From Cylindrospermopsis raciborskii Cr2010 (GTDB taxonomy: Bacteria > Cyanobacteriota > Cyanobacteriia > Cyanobacteriales > Nostocaceae): DNA of 32,000 nucleotides. The stretch spans positions 1,740,001 to 1,772,000 of the forward strand of contig NZ_CP065936.1 in NCBI RefSeq assembly GCF_003367075.2, given 5' to 3'. A program made the position numbers and the translations under genes. Of this stretch, positions 15,801-26,960 are shown one piece after another; the first letter of the stretch is position 1, and each line of letters opens with the position of its first letter. Under the pieces are notes generated by a model. The model was not told the DNA's origin. It saw only the letters and a program-made list of their open reading frames with translations, and did no database searches.

Positions 15801-18800
15801 TCATTTCTTTTGCATTAGCTTCTAAACTATCTGCTTCCGATGGCGGTACTACTTGCCAGAATTTAGGTAGGTATTCTTCCCATTTATTGAGAATTAATTG
15901 CGCTTTTTGAGATCCCGTGCGATCGCAGTGGGCTCTAATTAGGTCATACAACTGTTTTTTGCCTGCTTCGGTTACTACGGGCTGAAGTTTAACTATTGTC
16001 TTATTCACTAAGTCGGGGAAGCTACCATCTTCGTCTAAGAAGTAGGCCAGTCCTCCAGTCATTCCCGCACCAACGTTACGCCCTACTTTGCCCAAAACTA
16101 CCACTACCCCACCTGTCATATACTCACAACAGTGGTCTCCAGCTCCTTCAATTACTGCTGTACCTTTGGAATTACGCACTGCAAACCTTTCACCAGCTAA
16201 ACCACTAGCAAATAAAGCTCCTCCAGTCGCACCATAAAGACAGGTGTTACCAACAATCACGTTTTTACCTGCATCATAGTTAGCTCCCGCTGGGGGTTTA
16301 ATAATAATTTCCCCACCGTGCATCCCTTTACCTACATAATCATTAGCTTCCCCCTCTAGGGTTAGGGTTATCCCAGGCAAAATAAACGCTCCAAAACTCT
16401 GTCCTACACTACCTTGGAAATTTAAGTTTATCTGCCCTTCAAAACCAGAATCACCGTATTTAGATGCGATCGCACCTGCTAATCTTGATCCTACGGTTCT
16501 ATCGGTGTTTACAACTTTGTAGGTTTTGGTGACTGTAGCTTGATTGGTGATGGTTGTTTGAATATCCTCATCAGCCAAAATTCTGTTGTCTAGAACTTCT
16601 CCATTACTGTGAACTTCTTCATGGGTTAACCAAGTACGATTTGATCTAGTATCTGGTAACTTAGTTAAACAGTCTAAATTGACAGATTGGGTTTTGGTTA
16701 ACTGGACATGGGAACGTTTAGTTAATAGGTCTGCTCTACCAGTCAATTCGTTTAGGGAACGATATCCCAGGTTGGCCAGTAAACTCCGAACCTCTTCTGC
16801 TATAAAATAGAAGAAGTTTACCACATGTTCGGGAATACCCGTAAACCTTTGACGTAGTTCTTCTTTTTGGGTAGCTACACCTTTGGGACATGTGTTTAAA
16901 TGACACACCCGCGCCATAATACAACCCTCGGCAATCATTGCTATAGACCCAAAACCAAATTCTTCTGCACCCATTAAAGCAGCAACTACAACATCCCAAC
17001 CACTTTTGATGCCACCATCAACCCTTAAAACTACGCGATCGCGCAGCCCGTTATCCATCAGTACCCGATGCACTTCGGTTAATCCGAGTTCCCATGGGCT
17101 ACCCGCATGTTTAATAGAACTCAAGGGAGAAGCTCCAGTACCTCCATCATGACCAGAAATTTGGATAACATCAGCATTAGCTTTGGCCACACCTGCTGCA
17201 ATTGTCCCAATACCAATTTCTGCCACCAATTTTACCGAAACCTTTGCTTTGGGATTAATTTGATGCAGGTCAAAAATCAACTGTGCTAAATCCTCAATCG
17301 AATAAATATCATGATGGGGGGGTGGAGAAATCAAAGTTACACCCGGTTTAGAACGTCGCAACATAGCAATGTAAGGACTCACTTTCGGTCCGGGTAGCTG
17401 TCCACCTTCACCGGGTTTTGCACCCTGGGCAATTTTGATTTCTAACTGTTTAGCACTGGCTAAATATCCCGGTGTTACGCCAAAACGACCGGAAGCTATC
17501 TGTTTAATGGCACTGGAAGCCGTATCACCATTTTTCAAGCCATTTAAATGAGGTAAAGTCAGTGAATGCCCATTTTCATCCACATCCTTTAACACCCCAT
17601 AACGCACTGGATCTTCCCCACCTTCCCCAGAATTGGACTTACCACCAATACGATTCATGGCAATGGCTAGATTTTCATGGGCTTCCCGTGATAATGCTCC
17701 TAAAGACATCCCACCAGTACAGAAACGTTTAGCAATATCACTGACACTTTCCACCTCTTCTAAATCTATCTTCGAGCGATCGCTATTAAAGTCCAATAAA
17801 TCTCTCAAAGCGGTAGTTGGTCTGGTTTGCAAGTGGTGTTTATAAACCTGATAATGGTCATACTGCTTACCATCTACAGCTTTATGTAAAGCTTTCACCA
17901 ATTCTGGATTATTACTATGATATTCTCCACCGGGGCGAAACTGAACAAATCCCAGGTTCTCCAACTTCTTCGTTGATAATTCGGGGAAGGCCTTACTGTG
18001 GAAAGAAAGCACCTCCTGAGCTAATTCCCCACAACTGATACCACCAATACGCGATGTAGTGCCTTTAAAACCTAACTTAATTAGATCCTCACCAATACCA
18101 ATGGCTTCAAAAATTTGTGCTGCTTGATAACTAGAAAGCAGGGAAATTCCCATTTTAGAAAGGATCTTCAACAAACCGGACTCCACCGCTTGACGATAAT
18201 TGGCAACTGCTTGCTCCAGGGAAATATCATTTAACTTACCCCGCTCTCGCAACTGCTGGGTTCTAGGATCAAGCCACCAATCACGCACCGTGTCCAAGGC
18301 CATATATGGACAAACCGCACCCGCACCGTAGCCCAACAAACAGGCAAAATGATGGGTACTCCAACACTGGGCGGTGTGCACCACCAAGGAGGTTTTCATT
18401 CTGATTCCCTGGCTAATTAAGTAGTGATGTACCGCACCCACAGCTAATAATGGTGGAATATAACTTAAATTAGCATTAATTCCTTTTTGACCATCCAGAG
18501 CAATTTTATCACTCAGGATTAGGATTTTTGCTCCTGCTCGCACAGACTCTGCTGCTTGTTTTTGCAAAGACTCCACAGCTACCTTTAATCCTTCCGGACC
18601 TCCATCAATAGCAAATAGGGTAGATATTTCAGCTGTACCAAATCCACACAATTTAATTGCTTCCAAATCCCCATCGGTCAAAACGGGTGAGTCTAATCTT
18701 AATCTTTGATCTCCTCCCGATTGAGGATCTAATAAATTTCCCCTTTCCCCTAGTTCCACTGTTAAGGACATCACCAATTTTTCCCGTAGGGGGTCAATGG

Positions 18801-20433
18801 GGGGGTTAGTTACCTGGGCAAAACGCTGCTTAAAATAATCGTAGAGCAGATGGGGTTTGGCCGATAAAACTGCTAGGGGAATATCGTCACCCATACTAAA
18901 AGTTGGTTCCGCTCCCGTATTACCCATGACGTGAATAATCATTTCCACATCTTCACTTGTGTAGCCAAACGCAATCTGGTTTTGCAACAGAGTTTCCCTA
19001 TCTGGTACTTCCCAACTGAGACTCCCATTTGCACTGGATGGTAATAAATCCTTTAAGTCTTGACGGTGTTTTTGTAACCATTTCTTATATGGATGTAACT
19101 TAGCAATCCGCTGTTTAATTTCCCAGTTCTTTAACACCTCATTGCTAATCAAGTCCACCGCAATCATTTGTCCTGGACCGAGTCTACCCTTCTCCACAAT
19201 ACTTGCTTCAGGAAAATCCACCACACCCGCTTCTGAAGCGACCACAATATAATCATCATTGGTAATTACATAACGCGCTGGTCTCAGTCCATTCCTATCT
19301 AAGGTCGCCCCTACACTTTTACCATCACTAAATACTATGAGAGCAGGTCCATCCCAAGCTTCTTGCAGTCCACTGTAATATTCGTAGAAATCCACAATTT
19401 CTGGGTGATCTTTTAAGGAAGGTTGATGTTTATATGCTTCTGGCACCATTATCATCAACGCCTCTAAAGGACTACGCCCAGAGCGTACTAATAACTCTAG
19501 GACGTTATCTAAGTTTGCCGAATCACTACTATCTGAATTAACTAAAGGTTTATATTCTTCATCCCTACCTTGCCAAAGGGGATGTACTAGAATAGATTCC
19601 CTCGCCCTCATCCAGTTAATATTGCCCAGTAGGGTGTTAATTTCCCCATTGTGACCCAGCAACCGCATTGGTTGAGCTAAAGGCCATTTAGGCATAGTAT
19701 TGGTACTAAAACGACGATGATATACGGCAAAAGCAGATTTAAAGGCTGGATTCTTTAAGTCTTGATAAAAACTGCCCAAAACGGCTGAGCGTACCATACC
19801 CTTATAAACTATGGTGCGACTGGAGAGGGAGCAAACATAAAAGTCATCTTCTAATTCTCTTAGCTGTTTTGCAGCTTTCACTATCCGACGACGCACTATA
19901 TACATTTCTCTTTCTAATTCATCCCCGCTTTTATCTGCGGAACGGACAAATACCTGCTCTATATGGGGTTGATTTTCCCGCGATTGTTTTCCTAGAACCT
20001 CTGGAGATACGGGTACTGCTCGCCAACCCAAAACCTCTAACTTTTCTTCAGTGATCACCTGTTCAAATAGTTGTCTGGCTTTTCTGGCGGATTCTTGCTC
20101 TTTGGGTAAGAATATCATTCCTACAGCTATATTACCTGTGTTATCAGTCCATCCTTCTTCTGCTAACAATTGCCAGGGAATAGCTGTTAAAATCCCCGCT
20201 CCATCTCCTGAGTCTTTATCCGCACTACACCCTCCCCGATGCTCTAAACAGGTTAGTGCGTCTAACGCCTTGGTTAAAATTTCATGATTGGCATAGTTTT
20301 TCCTATGGGCAATAAATCCCACTCCACAAGCATCTCGCTCTTCTACCAACCACCTTTGTCCCTGATAAATTTCCCTATTTTCTTCATCCAACATTGTGAT
20401 ATTTTGAGCTTGATTTGATGATTGATCATTCAT
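15793..20433 (-). CDS. glsF: Ferredoxin-dependent glutamate synthase (Fd-GOGAT)
   Basis: 1546 aa single-chain GltS. It has an N-terminal 'CGVGFIA' Ntn-amidotransferase start, a central FMN/3Fe-4S domain ('GEGGE', '[12 protein letters not shown]', '[13 protein letters not shown]') and a C-terminal GXGXG beta-helix. No adjacent small NADPH subunit is present, which is consistent with the Fd type. Confidence 0.95.
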   Translation of the reverse strand: MNDQSSNQAQNITMLDEENREIYQGQRWLVEERDACGVGFIAHRKNYANHEILTKALDALTCLEHRGGCSADKDSGDGAGILTAIPWQLLAEEGWTDNTGNIAVGMIFLPKEQESARKARQLFEQVITEEKLEVLGWRAVPVSPEVLGKQSRENQPHIEQVFVRSADKSGDELEREMYIVRRRIVKAAKQLRELEDDFYVCSLSSRTIVYKGMVRSAVLGSFYQDLKNPAFKSAFAVYHRRFSTNTMPKWPLAQPMRLLGHNGEINTLLGNINWMRARESILVHPLWQGRDEEYKPLVNSDSSDSANLDNVLELLVRSGRSPLEALMIMVPEAYKHQPSLKDHPEIVDFYEYYSGLQEAWDGPALIVFSDGKSVGATLDRNGLRPARYVITNDDYIVVASEAGVVDFPEASIVEKGRLGPGQMIAVDLISNEVLKNWEIKQRIAKLHPYKKWLQKHRQDLKDLLPSSANGSLSWEVPDRETLLQNQIAFGYTSEDVEMIIHVMGNTGAEPTFSMGDDIPLAVLSAKPHLLYDYFKQRFAQVTNPPIDPLREKLVMSLTVELGERGNLLDPQSGGDQRLRLDSPVLTDGDLEAIKLCGFGTAEISTLFAIDGGPEGLKVAVESLQKQAAESVRAGAKILILSDKIALDGQKGINANLSYIPPLLAVGAVHHYLISQGIRMKTSLVVHTAQCWSTHHFACLLGYGAGAVCPYMALDTVRDWWLDPRTQQLRERGKLNDISLEQAVANYRQAVESGLLKILSKMGISLLSSYQAAQIFEAIGIGEDLIKLGFKGTTSRIGGISCGELAQEVLSFHSKAFPELSTKKLENLGFVQFRPGGEYHSNNPELVKALHKAVDGKQYDHYQVYKHHLQTRPTTALRDLLDFNSDRSKIDLEEVESVSDIAKRFCTGGMSLGALSREAHENLAIAMNRIGGKSNSGEGGEDPVRYGVLKDVDENGHSLTLPHLNGLKNGDTASSAIKQIASGRFGVTPGYLASAKQLEIKIAQGAKPGEGGQLPGPKVSPYIAMLRRSKPGVTLISPPPHHDIYSIEDLAQLIFDLHQINPKAKVSVKLVAEIGIGTIAAGVAKANADVIQISGHDGGTGASPLSSIKHAGSPWELGLTEVHRVLMDNGLRDRVVLRVDGGIKSGWDVVVAALMGAEEFGFGSIAMIAEGCIMARVCHLNTCPKGVATQKEELRQRFTGIPEHVVNFFYFIAEEVRSLLANLGYRSLNELTGRADLLTKRSHVQLTKTQSVNLDCLTKLPDTRSNRTWLTHEEVHSNGEVLDNRILADEDIQTTITNQATVTKTYKVVNTDRTVGSRLAGAIASKYGDSGFEGQINLNFQGSVGQSFGAFILPGITLTLEGEANDYVGKGMHGGEIIIKPPAGANYDAGKNVIVGNTCLYGATGGALFASGLAGERFAVRNSKGTAVIEGAGDHCCEYMTGGVVVVLGKVGRNVGAGMTGGLAYFLDEDGSFPDLVNKTIVKLQPVVTEAGKKQLYDLIRAHCDRTGSQKAQLILNKWEEYLPKFWQVVPPSEADSLEANAKEMRT

Positions 20434-20839
20434 ATTTTGGTTCTCGTTCTTTTACTGAGTGTTGTTACCGGAAGTAATGGTAAATTCGTTGACAAAACAT
20501 ATCAATTTTTATATTGATATAAATCTAGCCCTATTTTGGCAGTTTAGTGCTTATATCTACTCACCTATATTAGTTCATACCCGGTTTTTGTTGGTGGTTT
20601 GGGACAGCGAGTGTCTTTCCTGCTAAAGGATAAAACCTGAGCCGGAATATGGTTTTACCTGACATTAGGTTATGGTTTCTATAGGTTGATAGTGAATCCT
20701 TTTTCCGTGGTCAAAAAGTACAAGTATCTATAAGATATAATACCATCCTTGTGGCTAGAAAAGTAATTCTCAAAAATTATTCTCAACTATTTTTTCAATC
20801 TGCCTTCATTATTTTGCTATTCTTCATAATTTAGAGCTT

Positions 20840-22681
20840 ATGAAACTAATCACAGCCAGTAAACAAGCATCCTTATGTTTAATTGTAACCTCAGTTCTGA
20901 TGACAACCGCTAATTTGGGTTTTACCGGTACTGCCCAAGTTGTTCCCCCCACAGGTTCTTCAGGTAATCAAATTACTCTCAATGGTAGTAAGTTGCCAGC
21001 ATCTTGGATGCAATTACGGGAAGGTGACCAAATAATCACATATTTGAGTGATGCGGCTTTGAGCCAATTTGTAGGGGTGGATTTACTAAACACTACCAAT
21101 CCGGAATTACAACCGGTTGATTGGTATTCTAACGTACCTGTGAAACCTCTGAAAGCCACAATTTTAGGGGGATATCGCTATTTAGAAATTTCCCCCCTGG
21201 CGGAAAAAAATAAGTGGCAAATTCAAACCAACGGTGCTAATTTGATGATTTCTACCCCCTCGGTAACAATCAATGATATCCGTCAGGGTAAGGGGTCTTG
21301 GGGAGACCGTTTGGTCATAGATATGGATTATGCTGCACCTTGGAAGGTAAGACCTGGTCAACCTATTAACTCAGGATCCATTGTTCCTAATTCAGCACCG
21401 GGCCAAGCCACTGTACAACCTAATCGGGAATGGATTGTTAGTATAGATGGTAAAGCAAATGACGCACTGGTCAAAAAGTATCTGGCTACATCTAGTCCAA
21501 ATCCCCTCATACGAAAAATTCAGATCACTAACCGGGTGAAAAATACACAGCAGACCAATATACATTTAACTTTACCCTTTGGTTCATCTCCCCGCGTTAC
21601 TACCCTTTCTAACCCTAACCGCTTGGTTATTGATGTGCGTCAGGATGCTTTGGTTCCTAGAGATATTACTTGGAGTAAAGGACTCCGTTGGCAACAAGGA
21701 TTTATTAATCTCGGCAAAGACAGCTTTCCTGTAGTTTGGTTGGAAATTAATCGGAAAACATCACGGTTAAATTTACAACCCATATTACCCAATCCTCAGA
21801 CACAAACAGGCACAGCACCACTAACATTAACTGCACAACGCTACTCAGCTATGGCGGCAATTAATGGTGGTTACTTTAATCGTAATAATCAGCTACCATT
21901 AGGTGCAGTACGCCAAAATGACCAGTGGATTTCAGGACCTATACTCAATCGAGGTGCGATCGCATGGAATGATCAAGGGGAGTTTTATTTTGGTAGGTTG
22001 AGTTTAAACGAAACACTAATTGTCAATCAGGATAATAAACAAACATCTCTCCCAGTTTTGTTTTTGAATAGTGGCTATGTACAAAATGGCATAGCTCGTT
22101 ATACATTTGCTTGGGGACCTAACTATGTACCACTAACCAACAATGAAACTATCATAACAGTTCAAAATGGTAAGATTACTAAACAGTCCCCACCAGGGGG
22201 GGCAATTTCTATACCTGGGGATGGCTATTTACTCATCTTGCGGGGAACTGCTGTGAGTAAAACTTCTCTGTTAAGTGTTGGCACAAAAGTAAATTTGGAA
22301 AGTTCCACCACACCGGGTGAGTTTAATACCTATCCCCACATTATTGGAGCAGGTCCGTTATTAATTCAAAATCAGCGAATTGTTGTTGATGCCAAAGCTG
22401 AAAAATTCAGTCAGGCTTTCATCAAGGAACGAGCGGTTCGTAGTGCTATATGCACCACTAACAATGACAATTTAATTCTTGCTGCAGTTAATAACCGTGT
22501 CGGTGGATGGGGACCAACATTAGAAGAACATGCCCAGCTCATGCAAAAAATAGGTTGTACAAATGCCCTTAATCTAGATGGGGGTAGTTCTACAAGCTTA
22601 TATCTAGGTGGACAATTGCTAGACCGGTTCCCCAACACTGCTGCTCGTGTTCATAATGGCATTGGTGTTTTCTTAAAATAA
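20840..22681 (+). CDS. Secreted protein with C-terminal phosphodiester glycosidase (NAGPA / DUF2233-like) domain and possible AMIN-like N-terminal repeats
   Basis: Signal-peptide-like N-terminus. The C-terminal half has 'AINGGYFN', 'GAGPLLI' and 'ALNLDGGSSTSL', typical of the uncovering-enzyme-like family. Two 'RLVIDxxxxxxP' segments ('DRLVIDMDYAAPWKV' and 'NRLVIDVRQDALVP') resemble AMIN domain strands. Confidence 0.7.
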   Translation: MKLITASKQASLCLIVTSVLMTTANLGFTGTAQVVPPTGSSGNQITLNGSKLPASWMQLREGDQIITYLSDAALSQFVGVDLLNTTNPELQPVDWYSNVPVKPLKATILGGYRYLEISPLAEKNKWQIQTNGANLMISTPSVTINDIRQGKGSWGDRLVIDMDYAAPWKVRPGQPINSGSIVPNSAPGQATVQPNREWIVSIDGKANDALVKKYLATSSPNPLIRKIQITNRVKNTQQTNIHLTLPFGSSPRVTTLSNPNRLVIDVRQDALVPRDITWSKGLRWQQGFINLGKDSFPVVWLEINRKTSRLNLQPILPNPQTQTGTAPLTLTAQRYSAMAAINGGYFNRNNQLPLGAVRQNDQWISGPILNRGAIAWNDQGEFYFGRLSLNETLIVNQDNKQTSLPVLFLNSGYVQNGIARYTFAWGPNYVPLTNNETIITVQNGKITKQSPPGGAISIPGDGYLLILRGTAVSKTSLLSVGTKVNLESSTTPGEFNTYPHIIGAGPLLIQNQRIVVDAKAEKFSQAFIKERAVRSAICTTNNDNLILAAVNNRVGGWGPTLEEHAQLMQKIGCTNALNLDGGSSTSLYLGGQLLDRFPNTAARVHNGIGVFLK

Positions 22682-22760
22682 ATGAATTATGAAGAGTTAA
22701 TGTGGAGCAGGGATTTTTTAGCTCCAGTAGACCATTAGGTTTTAATTTAGTATGGTGATG

Positions 22761-22808
22761 GGAGATTAATTTAGAGATTAGTTTGGAGATTAATTTGGAG
22801 ATTAGTAT
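22761..22808 (+). repeat. 4 x 12-bp (or 2 x 24-bp) tandem repeat, unit GGAGATTARTTT, abutting the cupin start codon
   Basis: The units read ggagattaattt / agagattagttt / ggagattaattt / ggagattagtat. The last unit contains ATG 22807. Units 1, 3 and 4 carry a GGAG Shine-Dalgarno-like core. Confidence 0.85.
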
Positions 22809-23226
22809 GGCTCAATTGACAGAAAAACTTTCCCACAATGCACTTAGTCTCAGCACCACTGCTGACCATAAGGGAATCGTTGCTGGTGAATTACGTCCTT
22901 GGGGATCATTCACCGTTTTAGAGGAAGGAAGAGGCTATAAAATTAAACGTATTGAGGTTAAACCCGGACATCGTCTTAGTTTGCAAATGCACCACCACCG
23001 CAGTGAACACTGGATAGTCGTCTCTGGTACAGCTAAAGTTGTGTGTGGAGATCGGGAAATCCTCCTGAGTAATAATCAGTCCACATACGTGCCTCAATGT
23101 ACAGTGCACCGCTTAGAAAATCCCGGTGTCATTCCCTTAATTTTAATAGAAGTCCAAAATGGAGAATATTTGGGGGAAGATGATATTATTCGTTACCAAG
23201 ATGATTATGCTCGTGATCATCATTGA
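22807..23226 (+). CDS. Cupin-domain protein, type II phosphomannose isomerase C-terminal domain-like
   Basis: 'RPWGSFTVLEEGRGYKIKRIEVKPGHRLSLQMHHHRSEHWIVVSGTAKV' matches the ManC/PMI-GMP cupin core. I place the start at ATG 22807 (MAQLTEKL). The ORF-track TTG at 22783 lies inside the tandem repeat. Confidence 0.8.
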   Translation: MAQLTEKLSHNALSLSTTADHKGIVAGELRPWGSFTVLEEGRGYKIKRIEVKPGHRLSLQMHHHRSEHWIVVSGTAKVVCGDREILLSNNQSTYVPQCTVHRLENPGVIPLILIEVQNGEYLGEDDIIRYQDDYARDHH

Positions 23227-23281
23227 GAATGGTATGGATAAAGCCTTAACCACTTAAACCTTAATTAGCCACTTCCCTGCC

Positions 23282-23608
23282 ATGATTAGCTTGAGTTCAG
23301 CAGCTACCAATGAAATTGGACGCTTAAAATCCAAACATCAGCCCCATAGTTTATTCCGGGTGCGGGTGCAACCAGGTGGTTGCTCCGGGTGGTTATACCA
23401 TATCTCCTTTGACCAGTTAATTAACCCAGAAGATCAAGTGTTTGATATTGACAACCTGCAACTGGTCATGGATCAGGAAACCATAAAGTATATCAACGGT
23501 TTAACCATTGATTATTCTGAAGACCTTATGGGTGGGGGTTTTCGTTTCCACAATCCCCTGGCCACCTCCACCTGTAGCTGCGGTAATTCCTTTTCCATGA
23601 AATCTTAA
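23282..23608 (+). CDS. iscA: Iron-sulfur cluster insertion/assembly protein, HesB/IscA/SufA A-type carrier family
   Basis: 108 aa with 'GGCSG' and the C-terminal 'CSCGNSF' Cys motif. Confidence 0.88.
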   Translation: MISLSSAATNEIGRLKSKHQPHSLFRVRVQPGGCSGWLYHISFDQLINPEDQVFDIDNLQLVMDQETIKYINGLTIDYSEDLMGGGFRFHNPLATSTCSCGNSFSMKS

Positions 23609-23633
23609 CTCACCGTTAATTACAAAAAAATAA

Positions 23634-23663
23634 TTGACGGAAAAACCAAAAAAAAGTTATAAT
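23634..23663 (+). promoter_or_regulatory. Sigma-70-type promoter candidate for the str cluster
   Basis: TTGACG (23634-23639), an 18-nt A-rich spacer, then TATAAT (23658-23663), about 47 nt upstream of the rpsL ATG. Confidence 0.5.
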
Positions 23664-23710
23664 CAGGATTTGTTAAAATAAAAAATAGGCAGCTTAATGC
23701 GCTGTAACTC

Positions 23711-24094
23711 ATGCCAACAATACAGCAGCTAATACGTAGTGAGCGCGAACTAGCGCGTCAGAAAACCAAGTCCCCTGCTCTGAAGCAATGTCCTCAACGT
23801 CGAGGAGTGTGTACCAGGGTATATACAACCACCCCCAAAAAGCCCAACTCAGCTCTGCGGAAAGTGGCAAGGGTGAGACTGACCTCCGGATTTGAGGTGA
23901 CGGCTTATATTCCGGGAATTGGTCACAACTTGCAGGAACACTCGGTGGTGATGATTCGTGGTGGTCGGGTAAAAGATTTGCCTGGGGTCAGATACCACAT
24001 TATCCGTGGCACCCTAGATACAGCTGGAGTGAAAGACCGGAAGCAAGGACGTTCCAAATATGGAACTAAACGCCCGAAACAAACGAAAAAATAG
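23711..24094 (+). CDS. rpsL: 30S ribosomal protein S12
   Basis: 'PTIQQLIR...[31 protein letters not shown]' is a canonical S12 sequence. Confidence 0.98.
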   Translation: MPTIQQLIRSERELARQKTKSPALKQCPQRRGVCTRVYTTTPKKPNSALRKVARVRLTSGFEVTAYIPGIGHNLQEHSVVMIRGGRVKDLPGVRYHIIRGTLDTAGVKDRKQGRSKYGTKRPKQTKK

Positions 24095-24100
24095 GTTTTA

Positions 24101-24130
24101 GGCGATTAATTGTCTTTAGGATTAATCGCC
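24101..24130 (+). promoter_or_regulatory. Strong intercistronic hairpin between rpsL and rpsG (ggcgattaat / attaatcgcc, 10-nt loop)
   Basis: Perfect 10-bp inverted repeat starting 7 nt after the rpsL stop. No U-tract follows it. The role (processing/stability element or S7 feedback target) is inferred. Confidence 0.4.
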
Positions 24131-24249
24131 CTAACTAACACCCTGTGTTATGGAAGAAAGCCTTCTGTGTTTGATAGAGAGTGAAGATGTTCTGATAACA
24201 TATAATCTCGTAGTTTCGTTTACTAAAATTTCCAGTTTAAGGATAAAGT

Positions 24250-24720
24250 ATGTCTCGTCGTGGTGTTAGTCAAAAGCGGCCAGTTCCGCCAGACTCAGTG
24301 TACAATAGCCGCCTTGTCAGTATGATAATGCGGCGGGTAATGCGTCATGGCAAAAAGTCTCTGGCCGCTAGAATAGTTTATGATGCCTTCAAGACAATTG
24401 AAGATAGAACAGGTGGCAGCCCCCTAGAGGTATTTGAGAGGGCAGTGCGCAATGCTACCCCTCTAGTAGAAGTAAAAGCTAGAAGGGTAGGTGGTGCAAC
24501 CTATCAAGTACCAATGGAAGTCCGGGCGGACCGGGGAACAGCTTTAGCTCTAAGATGGTTGGTGCAGTTTTCTAGATCGCGCCCAGGTCGTACCATGGCT
24601 AGTAGACTGGCCAATGAGCTAATGGACGCATCTAACGAAACAGGAAGTGCCATTCGTAAGCGGGAAGAAACTCACCGCATGGCGGAAGCAAATAAAGCAT
24701 TTGCACACTACCGTTATTAA
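24250..24720 (+). CDS. rpsG: 30S ribosomal protein S7
   Basis: 'MSRRG...[12 protein letters not shown]...[19 protein letters not shown]...AFAHYR' is a canonical S7 sequence. Confidence 0.98.
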   Translation: MSRRGVSQKRPVPPDSVYNSRLVSMIMRRVMRHGKKSLAARIVYDAFKTIEDRTGGSPLEVFERAVRNATPLVEVKARRVGGATYQVPMEVRADRGTALALRWLVQFSRSRPGRTMASRLANELMDASNETGSAIRKREETHRMAEANKAFAHYRY

Positions 24721-24863
24721 GTGAGATATGCACCGATATATCCTCAGTTTGCGAGGAGTACATCGCTAAATTTCTGCCTAAGACGGTTTTCCGTAAAAGT
24801 ATAGAATCTTAACAAAGAGTAATATACAAGATATCATGGCACTATAATTATTAGGAGGTAAAT

Positions 24864-26942
24864 GTGGCACGCACAAACCCGCTAGAGAAGGTACGCAATA
24901 TCGGTATTGCGGCGCACATAGATGCGGGCAAAACTACAACGACAGAGAGAATACTATTTTACTCTGGGATAATTCATAAAATTGGCGAAGTTCACGAAGG
25001 AACAGCCGTAACCGACTGGATGGAGCAGGAAAGGGAAAGGGGAATTACCATCACCGCTGCTGCTATTAGTACCAGTTGGAAAGATCATCAAATTAACATT
25101 ATTGACACTCCTGGTCACGTAGACTTCACCATAGAAGTGGAACGTTCCATGCGGGTGTTGGATGGGGTGATAGCCGTATTTTGTTCTGTGGGTGGAGTTC
25201 AACCCCAGTCCGAAACCGTATGGCGGCAAGCAGATCGCTATAAAGTGCCTCGTATAGCTTTCATTAACAAGATGGATCGCACAGGAGCGAATTTCTACAA
25301 AGTGCATGAGCAAATGTGCGATCGCCTGCGTGCTAATGCCATAGCCATCCAACTTCCCATAGGTAGCGAGAGCGAGTTCCAAGGTATTGTAGATTTGGTG
25401 CGGATGCGTGCATATATTTACACTAATGACCAAGGGACAGATATTCAGGAAACAGAAATTCCGGCTGAATTAGCAGAGCAAGCGGCAGAGTATCGAGTAA
25501 AGCTGATTGAAGCAGTAGCGGAAACAGAAGATGCTCTGATGGAGAAGTATTTTGCGGGTGAAGATCTCACCGAAGCGGAAATTCGTAGTGCCCTGAGAAA
25601 GGGAACAGTTGCTGGAACAATTGTACCAGTTCTTTGTGGTTCAGCCTTCAAAAACAAAGGCGTACAGTTGATGTTGGATGCAGTGGTAGATTACCTACCA
25701 GCTCCAATAGATGTACCAGCGATTCAAGGTACACTACCCAACGGGGATACAGTAGAGCGGAGAGCTGAGGATAGCCAACCTCTATCAGCTTTAGCCTTCA
25801 AAATTATGGCAGATCCCTATGGAAGACTTACCTTTGTTCGGGTTTACTCTGGCGTGCTGAAGAAAGGTAGTTACGTACTTAATGCTACCAAGGGTAAGAA
25901 AGAACGTATTTCTAGACTGGTGGTGCTAAAAGCGGATGAGCGTCAGGACGTAGAAGAACTGCGTGCTGGTGACCTAGGAGCAGCAGTAGGGTTAAAAGAC
26001 ACCTTGACAGGTGACACCCTATGTGATGAAGGATCCCCAGTAATTCTGGAGTCCCTATTTATTCCTGAGCCAGTGATTTCTGTTGCGGTAGAGCCTAAGA
26101 CCAAAAATGACATGGATAAGCTTTCCAAAGCTTTACAGGCTCTTTCAGAAGAGGATCCCACCTTCCGGGTTAGTGTAGACCCAGAAACCAATCAGACGGT
26201 AATTGCTGGTATGGGGGAACTGCACCTAGAAATTCTGGTAGACCGGATGTTACGGGAATTTAAGGTAGAGGCCAACGTGGGTGCACCCCAGGTAGCCTAC
26301 CGAGAAACCATCCGCAAAGCCGTCAACAGAATCGAGGGCAAATTTATTCGTCAAAGTGGCGGTAAAGGTCAATATGGTCACGTAGTCATTGACCTGGAAC
26401 CGGGTGAACCTGGGACTGGTTTTGAATTCGTCTCCAAAATAGTTGGTGGTGTGGTTCCCAAAGAATACATTGGACCATCGGAGCAGGGTATGAAAGAATG
26501 CTGCGAATCTGGTGTATTAGCTGGATATCCACTCATTGATGTGAAGGCTACCCTAATAGATGGTTCCTACCATGATGTAGACTCTTCAGAAATGGCCTTC
26601 AAAATTGCTGGGTCCATGGCTATGAAAGAAGCTGTGGCAAAAGCCTCACCTGTGCTGTTAGAACCCATGATGAAAGTTGAGGTAGAAGTACCTGAGAACT
26701 TCCTGGGTGATGTAATGGGGGATTTAAACTCCCGTCGCGGACAAATTGAGGGCATGGGTTCGGAGCAGGGACTGGCTAAGGTAACTGCTAAAGTACCCTT
26801 AGCGGAAATGTTTGGCTATGCTACGGATATCCGGTCTAAAACTCAAGGACGGGGTATTTTTTCCATGGAATTTAGCCATTACGATGAAGTACCTCGCAAT
26901 GTGGCTGAGGCAATTATCGCAAAAAGCAAAGGGAACGCATAA
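24864..26942 (+). CDS. fusA: Elongation factor G
   Basis: '[22 protein letters not shown]', 'DTPGHVDF' and 'NKMDR' G-motifs over a full 692 aa. The start is GTG 24864, preceded by AGGAGG (24853-24858). The nearby ATG in another frame terminates after a few codons. Confidence 0.97.
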   Translation: MARTNPLEKVRNIGIAAHIDAGKTTTTERILFYSGIIHKIGEVHEGTAVTDWMEQERERGITITAAAISTSWKDHQINIIDTPGHVDFTIEVERSMRVLDGVIAVFCSVGGVQPQSETVWRQADRYKVPRIAFINKMDRTGANFYKVHEQMCDRLRANAIAIQLPIGSESEFQGIVDLVRMRAYIYTNDQGTDIQETEIPAELAEQAAEYRVKLIEAVAETEDALMEKYFAGEDLTEAEIRSALRKGTVAGTIVPVLCGSAFKNKGVQLMLDAVVDYLPAPIDVPAIQGTLPNGDTVERRAEDSQPLSALAFKIMADPYGRLTFVRVYSGVLKKGSYVLNATKGKKERISRLVVLKADERQDVEELRAGDLGAAVGLKDTLTGDTLCDEGSPVILESLFIPEPVISVAVEPKTKNDMDKLSKALQALSEEDPTFRVSVDPETNQTVIAGMGELHLEILVDRMLREFKVEANVGAPQVAYRETIRKAVNRIEGKFIRQSGGKGQYGHVVIDLEPGEPGTGFEFVSKIVGGVVPKEYIGPSEQGMKECCESGVLAGYPLIDVKATLIDGSYHDVDSSEMAFKIAGSMAMKEAVAKASPVLLEPMMKVEVEVPENFLGDVMGDLNSRRGQIEGMGSEQGLAKVTAKVPLAEMFGYATDIRSKTQGRGIFSMEFSHYDEVPRNVAEAIIAKSKGNA

Positions 26943-26960
26943 TTAAAAAAGGAGATATAC

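Noticed and set aside
15996-20287. Multiple 60-87-aa ORFs on both strands within glsF
   Set aside because: They are shadow frames of a 4.6-kb highly conserved gene.
20718-20741. NtcA-like box GTA-N8-TAT next to a TATAAT hexamer
   Set aside because: The right half is TAT rather than TAC. It sits only 4 nt from the TATAAT, whereas about 22 nt is expected at NtcA-activated promoters. It is also more than 280 nt from the glsF start.
22783-22806. TTG-initiated 8-codon extension of the cupin ORF
   Set aside because: It lies wholly inside the 12-bp tandem repeat. ATG 22807 is preceded by GGAG at suitable spacing and is the more plausible start. It is retained only as a possibility under repeat variation.
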